64,000 nt of DNA from Setoptus koraiensis (taxonomy: Eukaryota; Animalia; Arthropoda). Below, piece after piece: positions 37,141-51,474 of the stretch. The translations under genes were made by a program, and so were the position numbers. How positions within the stretch are numbered: the first letter of the stretch is position 1; each line of letters opens with the position of its first letter. Under the pieces are notes generated by a model. It had not been told where the DNA came from. It searched no databases and was given only the letters and a program-made list of their open reading frames with translations. The stretch is from assembly GCA_048013815.1 (NCBI GenBank), contig CM106586.1:18414001-18478000 (forward strand), in the 5' to 3' direction.

Positions 37141-40100
37141 CTGTGAGACATATCGGCTCGATCGGGCCGACTCGACAACGACACTCTGCAATATTCTCCA
37201 ATGTGACTCTGAACCGCGCACCCCCAACAAGAGCCCCACTCGAGATGACAACATACCCAGTGGGTATAATATTGCCGGCCCAGCGATGGCGGTACCAGTC
37301 GAGTTTGCCGAGGTCCAATGATGGCCAATGTCTAGAGAGCGGCAACTCTCTGTCACTGGACCATTGCTTGGCGCCATTACTGTTGGCTGCAATTTCTCGC
37401 CGGTGCCCAAAGCGACCGATACGGCAAGCCGATGCGGGCCGGCAGTCTACCGCCGCCGCCGCCAGTCTACCGGGCTCGGCGCAAAAGATGGCGCCACCGG
37501 CGACACTGACCAGTGGTCATGGCTGCTGGCAACTGTTGTTGTATCAATCGATGTTTGCCCATGTTTGTTTACACAGGCCAGCGTGTGTTGTGATTTGGTC
37601 AAATTTGACCAACGAGTCTCATTTCGGCCAACGAGTCGCAATTCGGCCAAAGAGTGTCGAGGTGTCTGATTAAAGGAGATTAATGGACATGCCAGCAACT
37701 GGTGAATTGCAACTGACAATTCGTTTGTTTGTTTAAGCGGGGCGCTGTTGTCGCCGGCACCAGCGACGATGTCTGCCATTGATTCACGTTGCTGTTTCAT
37801 TTCGTCTCGTCAGTTGTCGGCCACGGAGACGGGCGAACATTCGCTCATTCGAATATTCGATTATTCGAACGTTCGAGCATTCGATTATTCGAGCGTTCGA
37901 GCATTCGATTATTCGAGCGTTCGAATATTCGATTGAGTGTTCGATGGGAGACAATGCCGCGTCGAACGGCCACTCGGCGACACAGAACAAACACACAGGT
38001 CGCACAGGTAAATATAACTGGTGGCCCAGTTGAACTTTGACCACGCGCATTGTCCCTCGGTCGGCCTGCGCTGACCGCTAGGCGGCCCGTTGATGCCGTC
38101 GAGTCTGGCGCGCCATTGGCACTGGCTCACAACTGTCACTGGCGGCTCTCGCAGCGTCGGTGGTGCAACGAAGGGGATCAAAGAACTCGACGAGTGGCTT
38201 CGATGGCACCTCCAATCGAACACACACACACACACGACGGCTCGAATCGATACACACTAGACATCGGTCAGAGACGCTCGCTATCAAACTTTCATTATTC
38301 GAGCTTCAAGAGAAAGGCCGAGAAACGGACAGTCGGCGGAGACTGTCCGTTTCTCAGCGACAGAGCGACCGACGGAGACAGTTCTCACAGGCACTTTGGC
38401 GCTTGCGAACGCGTCGTGAGCTGACATCGTCATTATGGTGGCCGCGTCGACGTTGCTGCCCGACGAATCGGTTGCGAACGGCGCAAATCCGCGGCCAATT
38501 CGCGGCCAACTCAACAAAACATAACAGAACTAATCCCTGGCCGGCGCGACGAGGGAGCCCTTCGAAATTGCGAGCTCCAGTTCGAGGCTCCATGTCGAAC
38601 TTCAAATTCGAACGGGCGACCGCTCGCAGCCGATTCGAGCCGCTGGCGCTCGAATTGACCGAAGCGGCTGCCGCTGTCGCCGTTGCAACGGGCGCAGTTG
38701 GCCGGTTGCGCAACAATGTGGCCGAAGGCAGCGTGATGCGCCCAATGTGGACCATTTCGAATTTCGAACGCCCGCTGCCGTTCGAAATTTCGAGTCGAAA
38801 TTTCGGATTCGAGTCGAAGTTTCGGATTCGAGTCGAAATTTCGGATTCGAGTTCGAAATGCGAGCTCAAACTCGAGTTCGAAATTCGACTTGCAAATTCG
38901 GCGTCGATTGCGAGTTGGAACTTGCAGCTTGGACCGTGTGTCGCGAATTCTGCACAGAATGACGGCCGACAGAGATGCGACCACAACAATGCAGACACTC
39001 GCACCGGCCACACACTCAGTCGACATCGAGCGGGCATCGGGCGAGCTCAGGTGAGCTCAGGTGAGAGCGAGATGCGGATTTAGGTCAGCTCGACGCCGCT
39101 TCGGTCGGGCTTCGGTCGGGCTCCGTTCGAGCGTCGCATGGGCCATGAGTCAAGGCGTCGGCCGGCACCATGAGACACCGTGACGGACCATGACAGACGA
39201 GATGCCATTGACACTTGCGGCGGCTCAGGTGCCGCGGTGGGTCGCCAACACTTTCGGACGCAAACGTAAAATATTGCTTGTCAACGTGGGCAACGGTGCT
39301 CTGCTTTCGCGGTCGGGCTGCCGAGATTACGCAAGCGCTACTACGCCCACTACGCGAGAACGGCCCGCATAATCGCCGCCGCAGACAAAAGCCGCCGGTT
39401 GGCTGTCGATCGGGCGCAAACAAACAGGCCAACGGCGGCAGGGGAAAGTTGGTCCAGCGACGCTAGATCGGGCCACACTGGAGCGGGCGACGCGAGAACG
39501 GGCGCGACGCGGTAACGGGTGACGCGGGAACTGGCGGGCCGGCCCGAAAGCGAGTCGGCATGCGCGGAGTTGTGTGTCATCAATCATGGCGAACGGCGAC
39601 TCCGTGGCCGGCGGACGCGGTCGCCATAACTGGCGCAAAAACTGTTGCTCGCATGCGGTCGGCCCGACAGTGTTATGCAACAGACAGTGCACGGTGTGCC
39701 ATATGCACGCTCGCCGCGCCGCTCGGCCAAGATCGGGCCGCTCGCGGCGACCAAACTCGAGCATCGAGATAAAATCGCCGGCCCACGTTGCCGGCCAGAC
39801 AGGCGGCACGGACCGCCCGATGGGACCGTAATTTCGCCCGCGAGCGTGCATTTCTCTTATTTATCTGTTTACTGTGTGCTGTTTGACGCAAATGGCAGCC
39901 AACGGCGACTCGGGCCGGCCGGCTGGCCGGCCATGTCGACCGCAACAGTCGGACCGGCGAGCGCTGGGCACGTATGACTCAAACGGTATGAGCGCACAAG
40001 AGCATAAATGAACCGAAGTTTCGACGAAGTATCGACTCCCGTAAAGTCCGTTAAATGGCCGCTGCGAGAAGATTTGCGCTCGGGCGCCTTCGCGGGATTA

Positions 40101-43100
40101 TGAGCTCTGTCGAGACGAATTCTCGAGGATTTTCGTGCATTGCCGTGCGTTATCGCGAATTGGCGTGCATTGTCGGCGCCGCGAACGGCCAATTTCTATT
40201 TGAAAAAAATCCTGCGTTTGCCCAAAAATCTGCGCAACTGTCCAGCATGAGTTATTAATTTTGTTTGTTTGTATTGCGTATTCTCGTCCAACAGTGAAAA
40301 GTGTTCCACACAACGGACTCAGGCCACTCGGACAGTGGCCAAATGGAGCAAAAACTGGCCAGCAACGACCATTGAAATGTGCGCCAACGGAAGGCCGGCA
40401 AGTATCGCACACCGAGCACCGAGACACGGGACACATCGCAAGGTGAGGCATTACGATTACTATTATTATTATTATGACGGCTGGATAAACAGATTCCACG
40501 ACTCGTAGAGACAGCGATAATGGATGGGCCAGCTGATGGATCGGCCCTAACTGTGAAAGTGATCCAACGAGCTACCTGTGCCAACTGAGCGGCTGCCACA
40601 GCTGGTGTGAGCGTTGCCAAATGTAACGTTATATATAAACATAAACGTTGGCGAGACAGTAAATATAAACGAGACAGTAAATACAAACGAGACAGTAAAT
40701 ATAAACGAGACAGTGTTGCGCAACAGTGTTGTTGCCGTTGTTGCCGTTGCCGTGGTTGCTGTTGTTGCTGTTGCCGTGGTTGGCGTTGTTGTTGTGATTG
40801 TTTGCTGGCGTACCTGAGAATGCTGTTGCGCTGACCTATTGCGCATTATTGCGTAATATTGCATAATATCGCGCATTATTGCGCATTATTGCCTATTGCG
40901 TTGCCCTGACGTGAACGACTCACGCTCACAATGCGCGACTCATCATCAATCAAGCCAATTAAGCGTTCGGCCACATTCCATTGCGCTGACCACTGGTCGC
41001 CCCATCAGCGCAAACAAACGCTCGAGCAAACGGACTAACGAACGGACCAGCGAACGGCCTACGAACGGACCAGCGAACGGCCTACGAACGGACAAGCAAA
41101 CGGACCAACAAACGGACAGCCAGTTCAGCGACACAACCAACAATCAGCGAAAGTGAGATTTGCCCATGCGGCCCCTGGCGGCCGTTTGTGGTGTCTGTGG
41201 GCACAAACAATTGTGAGACACGTTAATTAGATCATGGCTGTTTGACGGGCGCCCGTCACTCGCTAATGAGTGGCTGCTGGTGCCGCAAGTGGCCGCCGCC
41301 AGTCAATCACGTTGGCCCGACTGTGCAATAATGAGCTCGATGTGAGCTCATTATCGCACAGGTGAATCGCACATATCGCACAGGTGAATCGCACATATTG
41401 CACGGGTGATACAATGTATAGAATGATTGTACCGTTGTCATGATACAATCATGCAATGCTGAATGAATCGTGACCCCAGCGCCAGTGACAAACCGGCACA
41501 GCGACGTCTCAATTAGACAATTAGGCAATCTCGGCACAGTTTGTAATGGCGACTTTCATATGCCAACAATTGTGAGACACAACATATGCGCTGTATGCCG
41601 TGCAAGTGTGTCTATCAGACTCTGACAGTCAGACTCTGACAATCAGACTCTGACAATCAGACTCTGACAACCAAAGAGAGATTGATTGCCGCTTGAGGGA
41701 TATACACTGAGAGTTCGAGACGCACACGTAATGGGATAAATACGTATAAAACTGTGCGGATATGTGTGTATTTGTATGCAACTGTGCGGATATTTGTATG
41801 CATTTGCACATGCACGCATAATAGGGCGACGTGTGTATTATCTCTTTAGGCTTGATTGATTGATTGCTGCCTCGTCAAATGTGAGCGGCGCCAAATCGGG
41901 CGAATCGGCCGAACAACAGTTCGGGCCCATCGAAGGCGCCCGCAACGAGCTGCAACAAGCGGCAGCAAGCGGCAACGAGCGGCAACGAGCGGCAACGAGC
42001 GGCAACAAGCTGTTCCGATACAGCGGACAGGTGAATTACGGCCGCATGATGATCGTTTTGCTAATTAGAGTGGCCGTTGTTTGTTTGTTGCTTGTTGCTG
42101 GGAGTGATTCGAGTTCATTAGCGAGCGAGCGGATCGTGTGCAACGAGCCACAAAGGCCGCCAATCGCAAGCGCTGTCAGTTCAACTTGGGGCTCACTTTC
42201 TATGGGCTCACTTTCTATTAACGGCCGTTTCCTATGGCCGACAGTTTATCCGTGACCATCTCTCACTGTTGTGAGCGAGCAACAATTAAAAAGCCATAAT
42301 GCCAGCCGGCCCGAGCACACACACACACACAAGCACGCCGACCGTTGGCAAGCCACTGTTAGCGACCGACTGCCGGTGACTTACCGTCGGCGACTCACCC
42401 CTGCCGGCTAACACCGGCGTCAGCCAAACACAAGCTGGCTGAAAAAGCAAAAGTTTATCGCGGGCCATCCCATTTATCCGATCGCGCTCCGTCTCATTCA
42501 ATCCCGACTGTGGATCCCGACAGTCGAGCTGACAGTCGCCGGGCCGCTGCGGGCCGGCCCGCCACTGTCAGCTGGCCCACTGAACCGGCCGCACTGACCG
42601 ACTGAGCCGGGCCAGCCGAAACTGTATCACGGACAATATCGTTAATTAATTAATCATAATTCACCAACCGTCGGTCGGTTGTTTGTTTTGTGTTGTGTTG
42701 TTGCGGCTGGCAGCGTCGCTCCGTGTGCCTCGCAAACTGTGAGCCGCAATCCGGTCACTTTTTGTCCGCTCCGACAAACAGCCGGCCCGGCAGCCGGCAG
42801 CCAGTGCAAACAGATGATAATTCGCTCGCAACGACGCAAGCTCGCCAGCCAAACGAGGAAACGTCCGGCGAGCCAAGATTGATTGCGCGGATGGGCAAAC
42901 AAAGCGAGCGCGGCCCGAGCGAAATTGTTATTTTAATTTCGATTTTAATTTAAATTAACCAGACATTGATTGCTGCGTAACCTTTCAGTTGCGCCGTTGC
43001 ACCTTTAATTGATTGATTAGCCGTTGCCGGGCCGCCATTTACCACTCGATTGTCTAGCTGTCCGGCCGTCGGCCGGCGGCCGGCGAGCTTGTCTTGTCAG

Positions 43101-46100
43101 TTGGCCGCTCACTGCCAACTGTTGCCGCCAGCAACAGGTGCCGTTATTACATCTGACCATATATATTTGTTATATTATATTGTTTATTGTACAATAATGT
43201 GTCCGACGGTTATGCGGCAGCGCCTGGCGGCCGTTGGCCGCACTACACATGAGAAAGTTTATTGTGCTCTTTATTGCGCACACTGTTTATAACATCGGAT
43301 GCCACAACTATGTCCGCAATTGGTCCGCTAAATGGCCGCCCGTGTCGCTGCAAATGCAAATTTAGTGCTAGCAACGCTACTCGCCACTGTCACCCGCAAT
43401 CACCGGTCGCCGCGAGCTTGTCGCCACCGACGTCAGCTGACGATGGCCACGCCGATCAGCTGACGATGGCCACGCCGATCAGCTGACGATGACGCTGGTC
43501 AGCTGACGATGACGCTGGTCAGCCGGTGATGGACACGCTGACAGGTGATGTGGCGAGCGGTCATCATGTATCAATTAGAAATTAGACATTGCAGATTAGA
43601 CCGCATCGGCGGCGTTTAGGGTATTCGCGCATCAGGGCAATATTCGGGCTTTGCGTATGCGGCTCTGCCGACTTGGAGCCGATAATTATCTCGCAATTCC
43701 GTCTGCAGCGGCCGTCTCGGCTGGCGCCCAAGTGCTCGTAAATGGTCTGCTATCTGGTGGCTCGAATATCGGCGTGTCGCTTCGAAACGACACGCCGATA
43801 TTCATTTGATACACTGTTGTTTTGGGCGGCTCATGCGCCATCATTACGCGCACCGTAATCACTCTTGTTTTCGGTGGAGCTGTCCAGCGAACGGTGCAAC
43901 TTGCACGGTGCAAGATGATGCAGGCTGCACCGCGGATAATTATGATGTGATCAAACTCGCGCCACCCAATTATGATAATGATCGCCGAGAGGGCGTGCAA
44001 CAAGTGCAATCTGCGTGCACTCTGCCGCTCACTGTCCGCGGGCCCGACTCTCTCTGCTGGGCGCTGTCCTGCCCGCTGCACCGACCGACCGCAGCACCGA
44101 CCGACCGCTGCACCGACCGGCCAACGGAGCCTGCACCAGGTGCCTGGTGCGGCTCGGCCGAGTGTGAATCGGAGCGTCCAACAGGTGCACAACAATGGCA
44201 ACAACAGCAGCACACAACAGCAGCAACAACAACAACAACAGCAACAACAACGGCACACAACAACGGTACATAACAACAGGTTGCCGCGGCACGCACCGGC
44301 TCCGTTTGCACCCGACCCACTCTCGTCGGGCCATCGGGCCGGCTCTTGCGGGCGGCCGGTCGCGCGTTGCTCGCATGATGCGGGCCGCATCCCGGCACAG
44401 CACGTACGGCACTGCTGGCATACCCACGCACACGACAATGCATTCAGCGGTAAGCGAACAATCGGGTCGAAGCCAACACTCGCGGGCCGTTTTGCGAATT
44501 CCGCACCGTTGTGGGTTTTGCTCGCAACTTGACCGTAACTCGCGGCGCGGCGCGGTCCGCTCCGCACAATCGGCCCGTGCGTGCCGCTCACAATTGGGCG
44601 CCACTTGGCCAGTTGGCGTGCCACAACGACAACTACAACTACAACTACAACATGGACACGATTTGTTGCAGTTGCGGTAGATGCAGTTGTGCCAGACGTG
44701 TAGTTGTGGTGTGCGATTGTAGTTGCGGTGGTTGCCGTCGTTGCGATTGTTGTGCCGGCCAGTCGATAATGGCCAACAGCGGCCATTATCGGCTGGCGCA
44801 CACTGACCATTATAATCTGGGAACGCCAATACCAGCGGCCATTACAGGCCTTGCACCGTTATTGTGTGCTGGCCGTCGGTGCAGCCACTGGTGCCGATGC
44901 GGCCAGTGGTGCTGATGCGGCCAGTGGTGCAGCACCATGTTATTGGCAACGGAGCATGTTATAAGCGCACCGAGCAATAGGTATTAAATATATATGCTGG
45001 CGCTGAGCCACTCTGAGCCATCACGGCCTGCACCAGCGACTGGCAGCGAGGGAGCATCAGTGCACCGCGGTGCATGGCGGTGCAGCCGGGCGGTGCGGGC
45101 GAGAGGCTCGTTTTCTTTGCTTTAGGCGCGTTCTCGTCGGATTTGCGCGTGCATGACAGAATGCGTGCCGTTCTCATCGTCGTCTGTCATTATTATCATC
45201 GTTGTTGTTGTCGTCGTTGTTGCTGTTGTTGCCGCTGTTGTTGCTGGCGATGTTGTTGTTGCTGTTTTCGTGTTGTTGTTGCTGTCGTTGGCGATGTTGT
45301 TGCCGTTGGTGCGTCTCTGGCTGTCGATCGCCGGCCCGCAATGGGCAGTTCCAGCCGACCACTGGTCACTGCTGGCTCGTCCCGAGCCGACTGGCCAGTG
45401 CGCTGTCCGAGGCCGGTGCATGGGCGCAGTTTGGCTGCAGTCCGGCCGCAGTCTGGCCGCGGTTCTGGCGCAGTTCAGCCGCGGTTTACCCGCGGTTTGG
45501 CCGCAGTCGACATCGGACACAATGGAGTTGTCCGCCGTGTCCGCTCGACGGCGAGGCTCGCTATTGCTACGGCGCGACATATCGCCGATTGTCAATCAGT
45601 GGCCGCGGGTCAGTTCATCGACCGTGGACCGTGCAGTGGCAACCGTCGAGTGGCGAGTATCGACAGCGAGGCTCGAGTGGGCCGGTCTGGTGTCACCGTG
45701 AAAATCTCGTGCCGATTAGTGGACTGGCGCTCGGCGACAAATTGGCCGATTAAGCCGACGAGATTCGCCTGATTGGAGATACGTTGCCGGTGGATAAGGT
45801 ATCGTGGATCGGTCAACGGCGTCGGTCAGGTCTGGTGGCGGTTTGGTCCGCCAACGGTGCCCACTGCGAGCCTGGCCCTGAAAATCTCTGTCCGCTCCTT
45901 ACCTGTCGACCTGGCCAACTGGCTCAACGGCGGATAATCCGCTGTCCGGCGCAAACCGCGAAATCTGGCCGAATCTGGCCCGTTGAACAAACAAGCGCGC
46001 GGGCTCGGCGGAGCCGCAGCGTCGCTCTGTCAGGGCGGCTCTCCTATTTAGCATATATAGCACACAGCATATAGTAGTGTAATAATAATATTTAGCGTGT

Positions 46101-46676
46101 CCCGTTATGCTGGCCACCGGATTACGGAGACTGGATTGTGCGGCAAGTTCAAGTTTGCGGTGGCGGCGCATATTGTTGTGATAGATTCAGCCGATGATTA
46201 TCTATTTAAATGCTGCTCGGCTGCTCTCATTTCCTCGTTGTTGTCAAATGCGAACGCTCGGCCGGCCAAACGCTCAGTTGGGTTGCCGGCAGCGGCGCCG
46301 GCCATAGTGTTGTGTCGCCGGTGGCGGCCGCAACTGGTCGCCGGACGCCCCCGCTAAAGTTGGCTCGCTCAGGTGAACGCTCAACGGGCGTCTCGATTGT
46401 GTCCCATGTTGGCGATAATTATAATCGCATCAGTCGAGCACACACATCCGAATGTGTTAGCCAGTAGACAGTGAGACGTTTGATTTTGTTTCGAATTGCT
46501 GGCGCTCGAGCGTCGCCGTCGACTCTCGCCGTGCCCAGTTCCTGGATCGGGCGCGCAACGAAAACAATATTAATAGCAACGGTATTAATGGCGAATCGGC
46601 GGCCGCCGGCGAGCGAGCGACAATTTGCGATTCACGAGCCGCTGACTGGCCACTTGCGCGTCTTGCCACAAGTGGC

Positions 46677-46759
46677 GCAAATCGCAAGAGTCGCACAAAT
46701 CGCAAGAGTCGCACAAATCGCAAGAGTCGCACAAATCGCAAAAGTTGCACAAATCGCAA
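46677..46759. repeat. 18-bp tandem repeat CAAATCGCAAGAGTCGCA x~4.5
   Basis: Seen directly. Confidence 0.9.
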
Positions 46760-47744
46760 CTTTTGCGCACAAAGTGCAAAATTGCGAAAATTGCAACAGG
46801 TTGCGGCAGGCGACTCGCCAGCAGCCGCTCTAATCTCTGCCCATCGCCCCGTTTCCCTGTTCGCATTTATAATGTGATGAGCCGGCCGAGTCGTGCTGGC
46901 AACATGCGCCGAACGGCCATGCAAAATAGATGATGAGGCACAAATCAAGATCAAGTGGTTCGGCTGCCGGCTGGGCCATTAACGGTTCGACAGCAGGCCG
47001 AAGGAATTATCGCCAGTGCATTCGGACGGCGCACAGATCTCGCTCCAGATAATGGCCGCCGTTGAGCGGCGTGTGTCCCAATTTGAATATTTTGCTCATT
47101 AAATCGCTCGCACTTGTTGCCAACGTTCCAGCTAGTGTTAATGTTGCTGTTGTCAATCAATTGATTAAATGCTGCTGCCACTACGCCCAGGCCGCCCGAC
47201 AACCGATCTGGCCAGATCGGTCCAGATAAGCCGTCAGCTGGCCGAACCCGAGCCGGCCGGCCCGTCGCCCTGTCCCAAGTCGTGTCGTGGCCGCCGTGAG
47301 TGGCGCCGCTCGTGTGCACCGCTCGCAACAACTGGCACCTGTAACTGGCGACTTGGCGCACAAGTTGCGCAAGCCATGCAAATTCCCATTTCGGCTTCCT
47401 AATTCCAATTTCGCATTTCAAACCAATTAGTCGCAAGTGACGGCTGATTGGTCGCGATTCCCGTTTCGCTGGCCTCGTCATCGCAAACTGACCAACTGAT
47501 GACCAATTGCCCGTGCGATGACGGCCCGCGAAATTGCGCGCCCGACGCGGCCCACCGAAGCCCGTTGCCGTCCGTCGATGCCCGACCAAAACGTTTGCGC
47601 CACTGTTCGGGCCGGCCCGGCCCGGCCATCACGCAAGACCGCGCATATTATTATGAGTCTCGCAGCGCTCGTAGCGGAGGCGCATAAAACAGCACGCGCC
47701 ATTTTGTTTTTGTTTTGCAACAACAGCAACAGCAGCAACAACAA

Positions 47745-47784
<40 letters not shown>

Positions 47785-50137
47785 GACGACAACCACAACA
47801 ACGGCAACAACGGCAACGGCAACAACGGCAACAACGACGACGACGACGGGCCCATGTCAGCGGTTGTTGCCTGTTCTTTTATGGTCGCTTTGCGTTTTAT
47901 CGTCGCCCTCTGGCGTGCAGTTTCTGGCGCTGCTGCCGAACGCAACAGCGAAAATCCACTGCCATTTATCCACTGGATAGTATCCCATGCCCCAGTGTCC
48001 CGACTTGACCGCACTGGATAAAGCGCCGACGGGCCCCGCTCAGAGTGGCTCAAAGTGGCTCCGTTTGGCTCCGCTTGGTGGCTCTGCGGCCGCTCGCGGC
48101 ACAGCTTGACGCCCGGCCGGCTGTGCGGCGATTGACGCGCAGAGGGCGCCACCGGGCGGCCGGCAATTTCGAGCGGTGCCAGTTATCGCTTGACATCGAC
48201 AAGCGGCGCTTTCGCCGTTTCGCTCATTTGTCCCGTCGTTTGCCGTTGTTTTGCCGCATTTATGCCGCTTGTGGTGGTTTGGGCCACTTGCGAGCCGGCA
48301 AACGAGACCGAACCGGACCGGACCGAAGTGAAGCGAACAGCCCAAACGAGTGAACAGTGGAAAAGGCGAGCGAAACTCGTCAGATCCGACTGAAAGTGAA
48401 GTGAGATCTGCAAGCGAACGGCGCTCAACAGAGGCCATCGAGAGATTCGAGCCAATTGAATAGAGGCGCTGCTGAGATTGGCGGCGCCGAGCATGAAATA
48501 TTAATATTATTATACGTCCATCATGCCCGAACAAGAGCCGGCCAGGAACAATGAAATTGCGCGACATGCCAACAACAATAACGGTAGCGCCATTTGCGAC
48601 TGCATCAAGTGATGAAGTGGCGATGATAATGTTAATTAAATCATGACTTTTTAACCCAGAAGCGAGCACCAACCGCCAACAACAACAACGGCCAACAGCC
48701 GAATAAAGGAAGCATTTGCATATTGTGATCGACAAACGGCGACCATTGTTGTCCGGAGTCCGGACTCCGCACTCTGCACTCTGGAGTCATCTCATTTGAA
48801 TACGCGCGCGGCCAACTTGCACCCATTGTCCGTTGCCTTGTCGGATTATTTTGTTTTTCCGTTATTCCGCTATTGGCCTGTTCCGTGATCCCGTTGTCGG
48901 CTCCGAGATGCTTATTCGGCCGTTAGTTGTTCGCCAACGTTCGCATTGTATCACTTACGCTTTATCTGTCTGTTTGGGCCGGTCGGGCCAGCGAGCGCAA
49001 GCAGCGTCCAGTTTGTCAAGTTCACCCATTGCGAGCCGAGCGAAAGTCAAAAGTCGCCCAGCGCCCCTCCAGTGACACTGTCCGGTCCGGTCCGGCTGGC
49101 CAAAGGTTAGTCGGTGGCCCTGGCGCCGGGCGCCGTCGGCTGTCCGGCCCGTCGGCGAGCGGCACGACTCGGCCGCTCGCTCCGTCGCAAGCGGCGATCG
49201 GGTGCCGCTTCGAATGGCGGCCGGCAATATCGTGAGCCGGTCACAGTGCAGGCAGGCGAGCGCCACAACACTAAATTACGGGCGCGCTAAATACTCCAGC
49301 GGCTAGTGCACTCGGCACGGCCCGTTGGCGCGCTTGCCCGCACGACCGGCTGGCATCGGATCGCCGCGGCTGGCATCGGATCGCCGCGGCTCGCATCGGA
49401 TCGCATCGGATCGCACGGGCTCGCAGCGGCCCGACGGCCGACGCGTCGCCGACGACACCAACAAATTGCAAATTGAGTGGCAGCGGCGACAAGTGAAAGT
49501 CGCACTTGCAATTATAATTGGCACTGTGCGCCGACCGGCCCGAAGTGGAACAAATGAGACGGTGAGAAAGAGTCGTTAGTGCGGCTCGCAGCCACAGTTC
49601 CAATTACATCAATCATTCGCGGCCAACAACAGCAACAAATGATTAATTATCATCCCATTTAATCCCATCCTCTCCGGCAGAGTCGCTGTGGCGCTCGCGT
49701 TGCAAGCGGCCAAGCGGCGATCGCGCCTCGCGCCAACTGGCGCGATTTGCGCCAACCGGCGTGATTTGCGAGCCGACAGCCGGGCCATTGTTTCGGCGGG
49801 GCCCCGCTGTCACGAAGGTTCGCGCGCACTTGTGCGGCTTGTCGTATCTGTAAATGCATTTTGATGATTTCGGCAGCTACAGTGGCGCTGCAATTGCCGG
49901 GGAGCCTCATCGCCACAAGCAACCGCCAACTGATGCTGCCCGCTGACAAGTATAAATCCCCGACAAGTGCCCGACCAGTTGCACGCCTCGGGGATTTATC
50001 CGGCTCGAATGGAGGCACTGCAAAGGCAACGACAACGTTTGGTGGCGCGCAGGATAAATCCCCGGGCGCATGGTTTCAACGGGCCGACGGTGCGTGTGCT
50101 CGAGTGATCATTAGCGATGTCGAAATCAGTTTATTAG

Positions 50138-50199
<62 letters not shown>

Positions 50200-51474
50200 T
50201 TGTTGTTGGTTGTTGTTGTTGTTGCTGCTGCTGTTGTCGTCGGCGGTTGTTGCGCTATTTTAATTGATCTAGCAACACAAACAACGAGCAAATTCAAAGC
50301 GAGCCTGTCGTTGCGCTTCCGAGAATCGACGCGCAATCCGAGAATCGACGCGAAACCCGAGACTCGAACGCGGGCATTCGCCGCTCGAGCGCGGGCTTCG
50401 CCGCGATTCGAACGGAGCGCAGCGATTCGAACGGAGCGATTCGAGGCAATAAACATTTCGAAGCAACATTTATCATCTGCAGGCTGCAGCAGTTGCGCTG
50501 CCGAGCAACAGGCTGCACCCTGTGGCCGGCGCTGCGGCACCGTGCCACTGGCACGGGCTATGCTCGACGGGGATTTTTCCCGACCATCATGGGGATAAAT
50601 GTGGTGTGTAAAATCCCAAAAATCCGCCCGAAGGGCGGGTGTGCGCATGCGCAGCGCTTGGATTGATTTTGCACGGCCGTTGCTGGCTGACGACTGACTG
50701 AGATTGGCAACGAGTGGCGATTGGCGATTCATTTGCCTTATTGCAGTTGCCAGGTGAGCACAGGTGAACAATTGAATAGGCGACAGCACAGGTGAGCGTG
50801 AACAGAGCATGCAATAAACAGAGAACGAGAGCAAACAAACAACAACAACAACGACAACAACCACATAATTGTAGCTGTTAGTTGATTAGTTGATCAGTGA
50901 TTAGTGTATCATCAACAGCAGCCACAATCATCATCATTTGGGCTTACGAGCTTACAATTTGTTAGCCCGTCAATTGACTAAATTCCAGCGAGCGCCATTA
51001 GCGATGACGCCCCGAACGACGGCGCTCGCCGCGACACCGTGCGCCCCCGCGCCGCGTTAATTGAACGCGGTTGTGTGTTGATGAACAATATTAATTAACA
51101 ATATTGACATGTTAACAGTACGGCCAGCGATCACTGGCAGCCAGCCGACTCAAAGATAATAATAGTGGCAATAGCGAAACTAATGTCAAAACCAAATCTC
51201 ACCAATCTAATTGTTTCACATTGTTCTCGTCTCGCCCGTTGGCCGCCGCCGACGCCGCCGCCGCATCACCACCACCAAACAACAACAGCAGCAAAATCAG
51301 CAAACAACCAACTGTCACAGCGTGTCAAATCGTAACGACACCAACAACAGGTGTCACAAATATCGCGTCATAATTTATACACAACAACAACAACAATCAT
51401 CATCATCATCACGTAATCTGCGCCACATTCAACATAACTATACTAGTTAGTATTCACACGTGAATAACACAATC

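Noticed and set aside
38160-39083. 307-aa plus ORF and overlapping ORFs
   Set aside because: Built from TCGA-rich repeats, which are poor in stop codons; no recognisable motif.
43686-44810. 374-aa minus ORF and several overlapping 150-270 aa ORFs on both strands
   Set aside because: Open in many frames because of GC-rich and CAA/TTG repeat content. It contains poly-C and poly-V runs, with no domain and no coherent splice signals. The FN3-like CTVRWTAPP and a PPNY motif in another frame were judged chance.
45074-45772. Cluster of 157-232 aa overlapping ORFs
   Set aside because: Triplet-repeat and GC-rich artefact; all frames are similarly open.
49861-50864. 245-aa plus and 262-aa minus ORFs
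   Set aside because: Poly-L and poly-NS tracts come from a (GTTGCT)n microsatellite; no domain.
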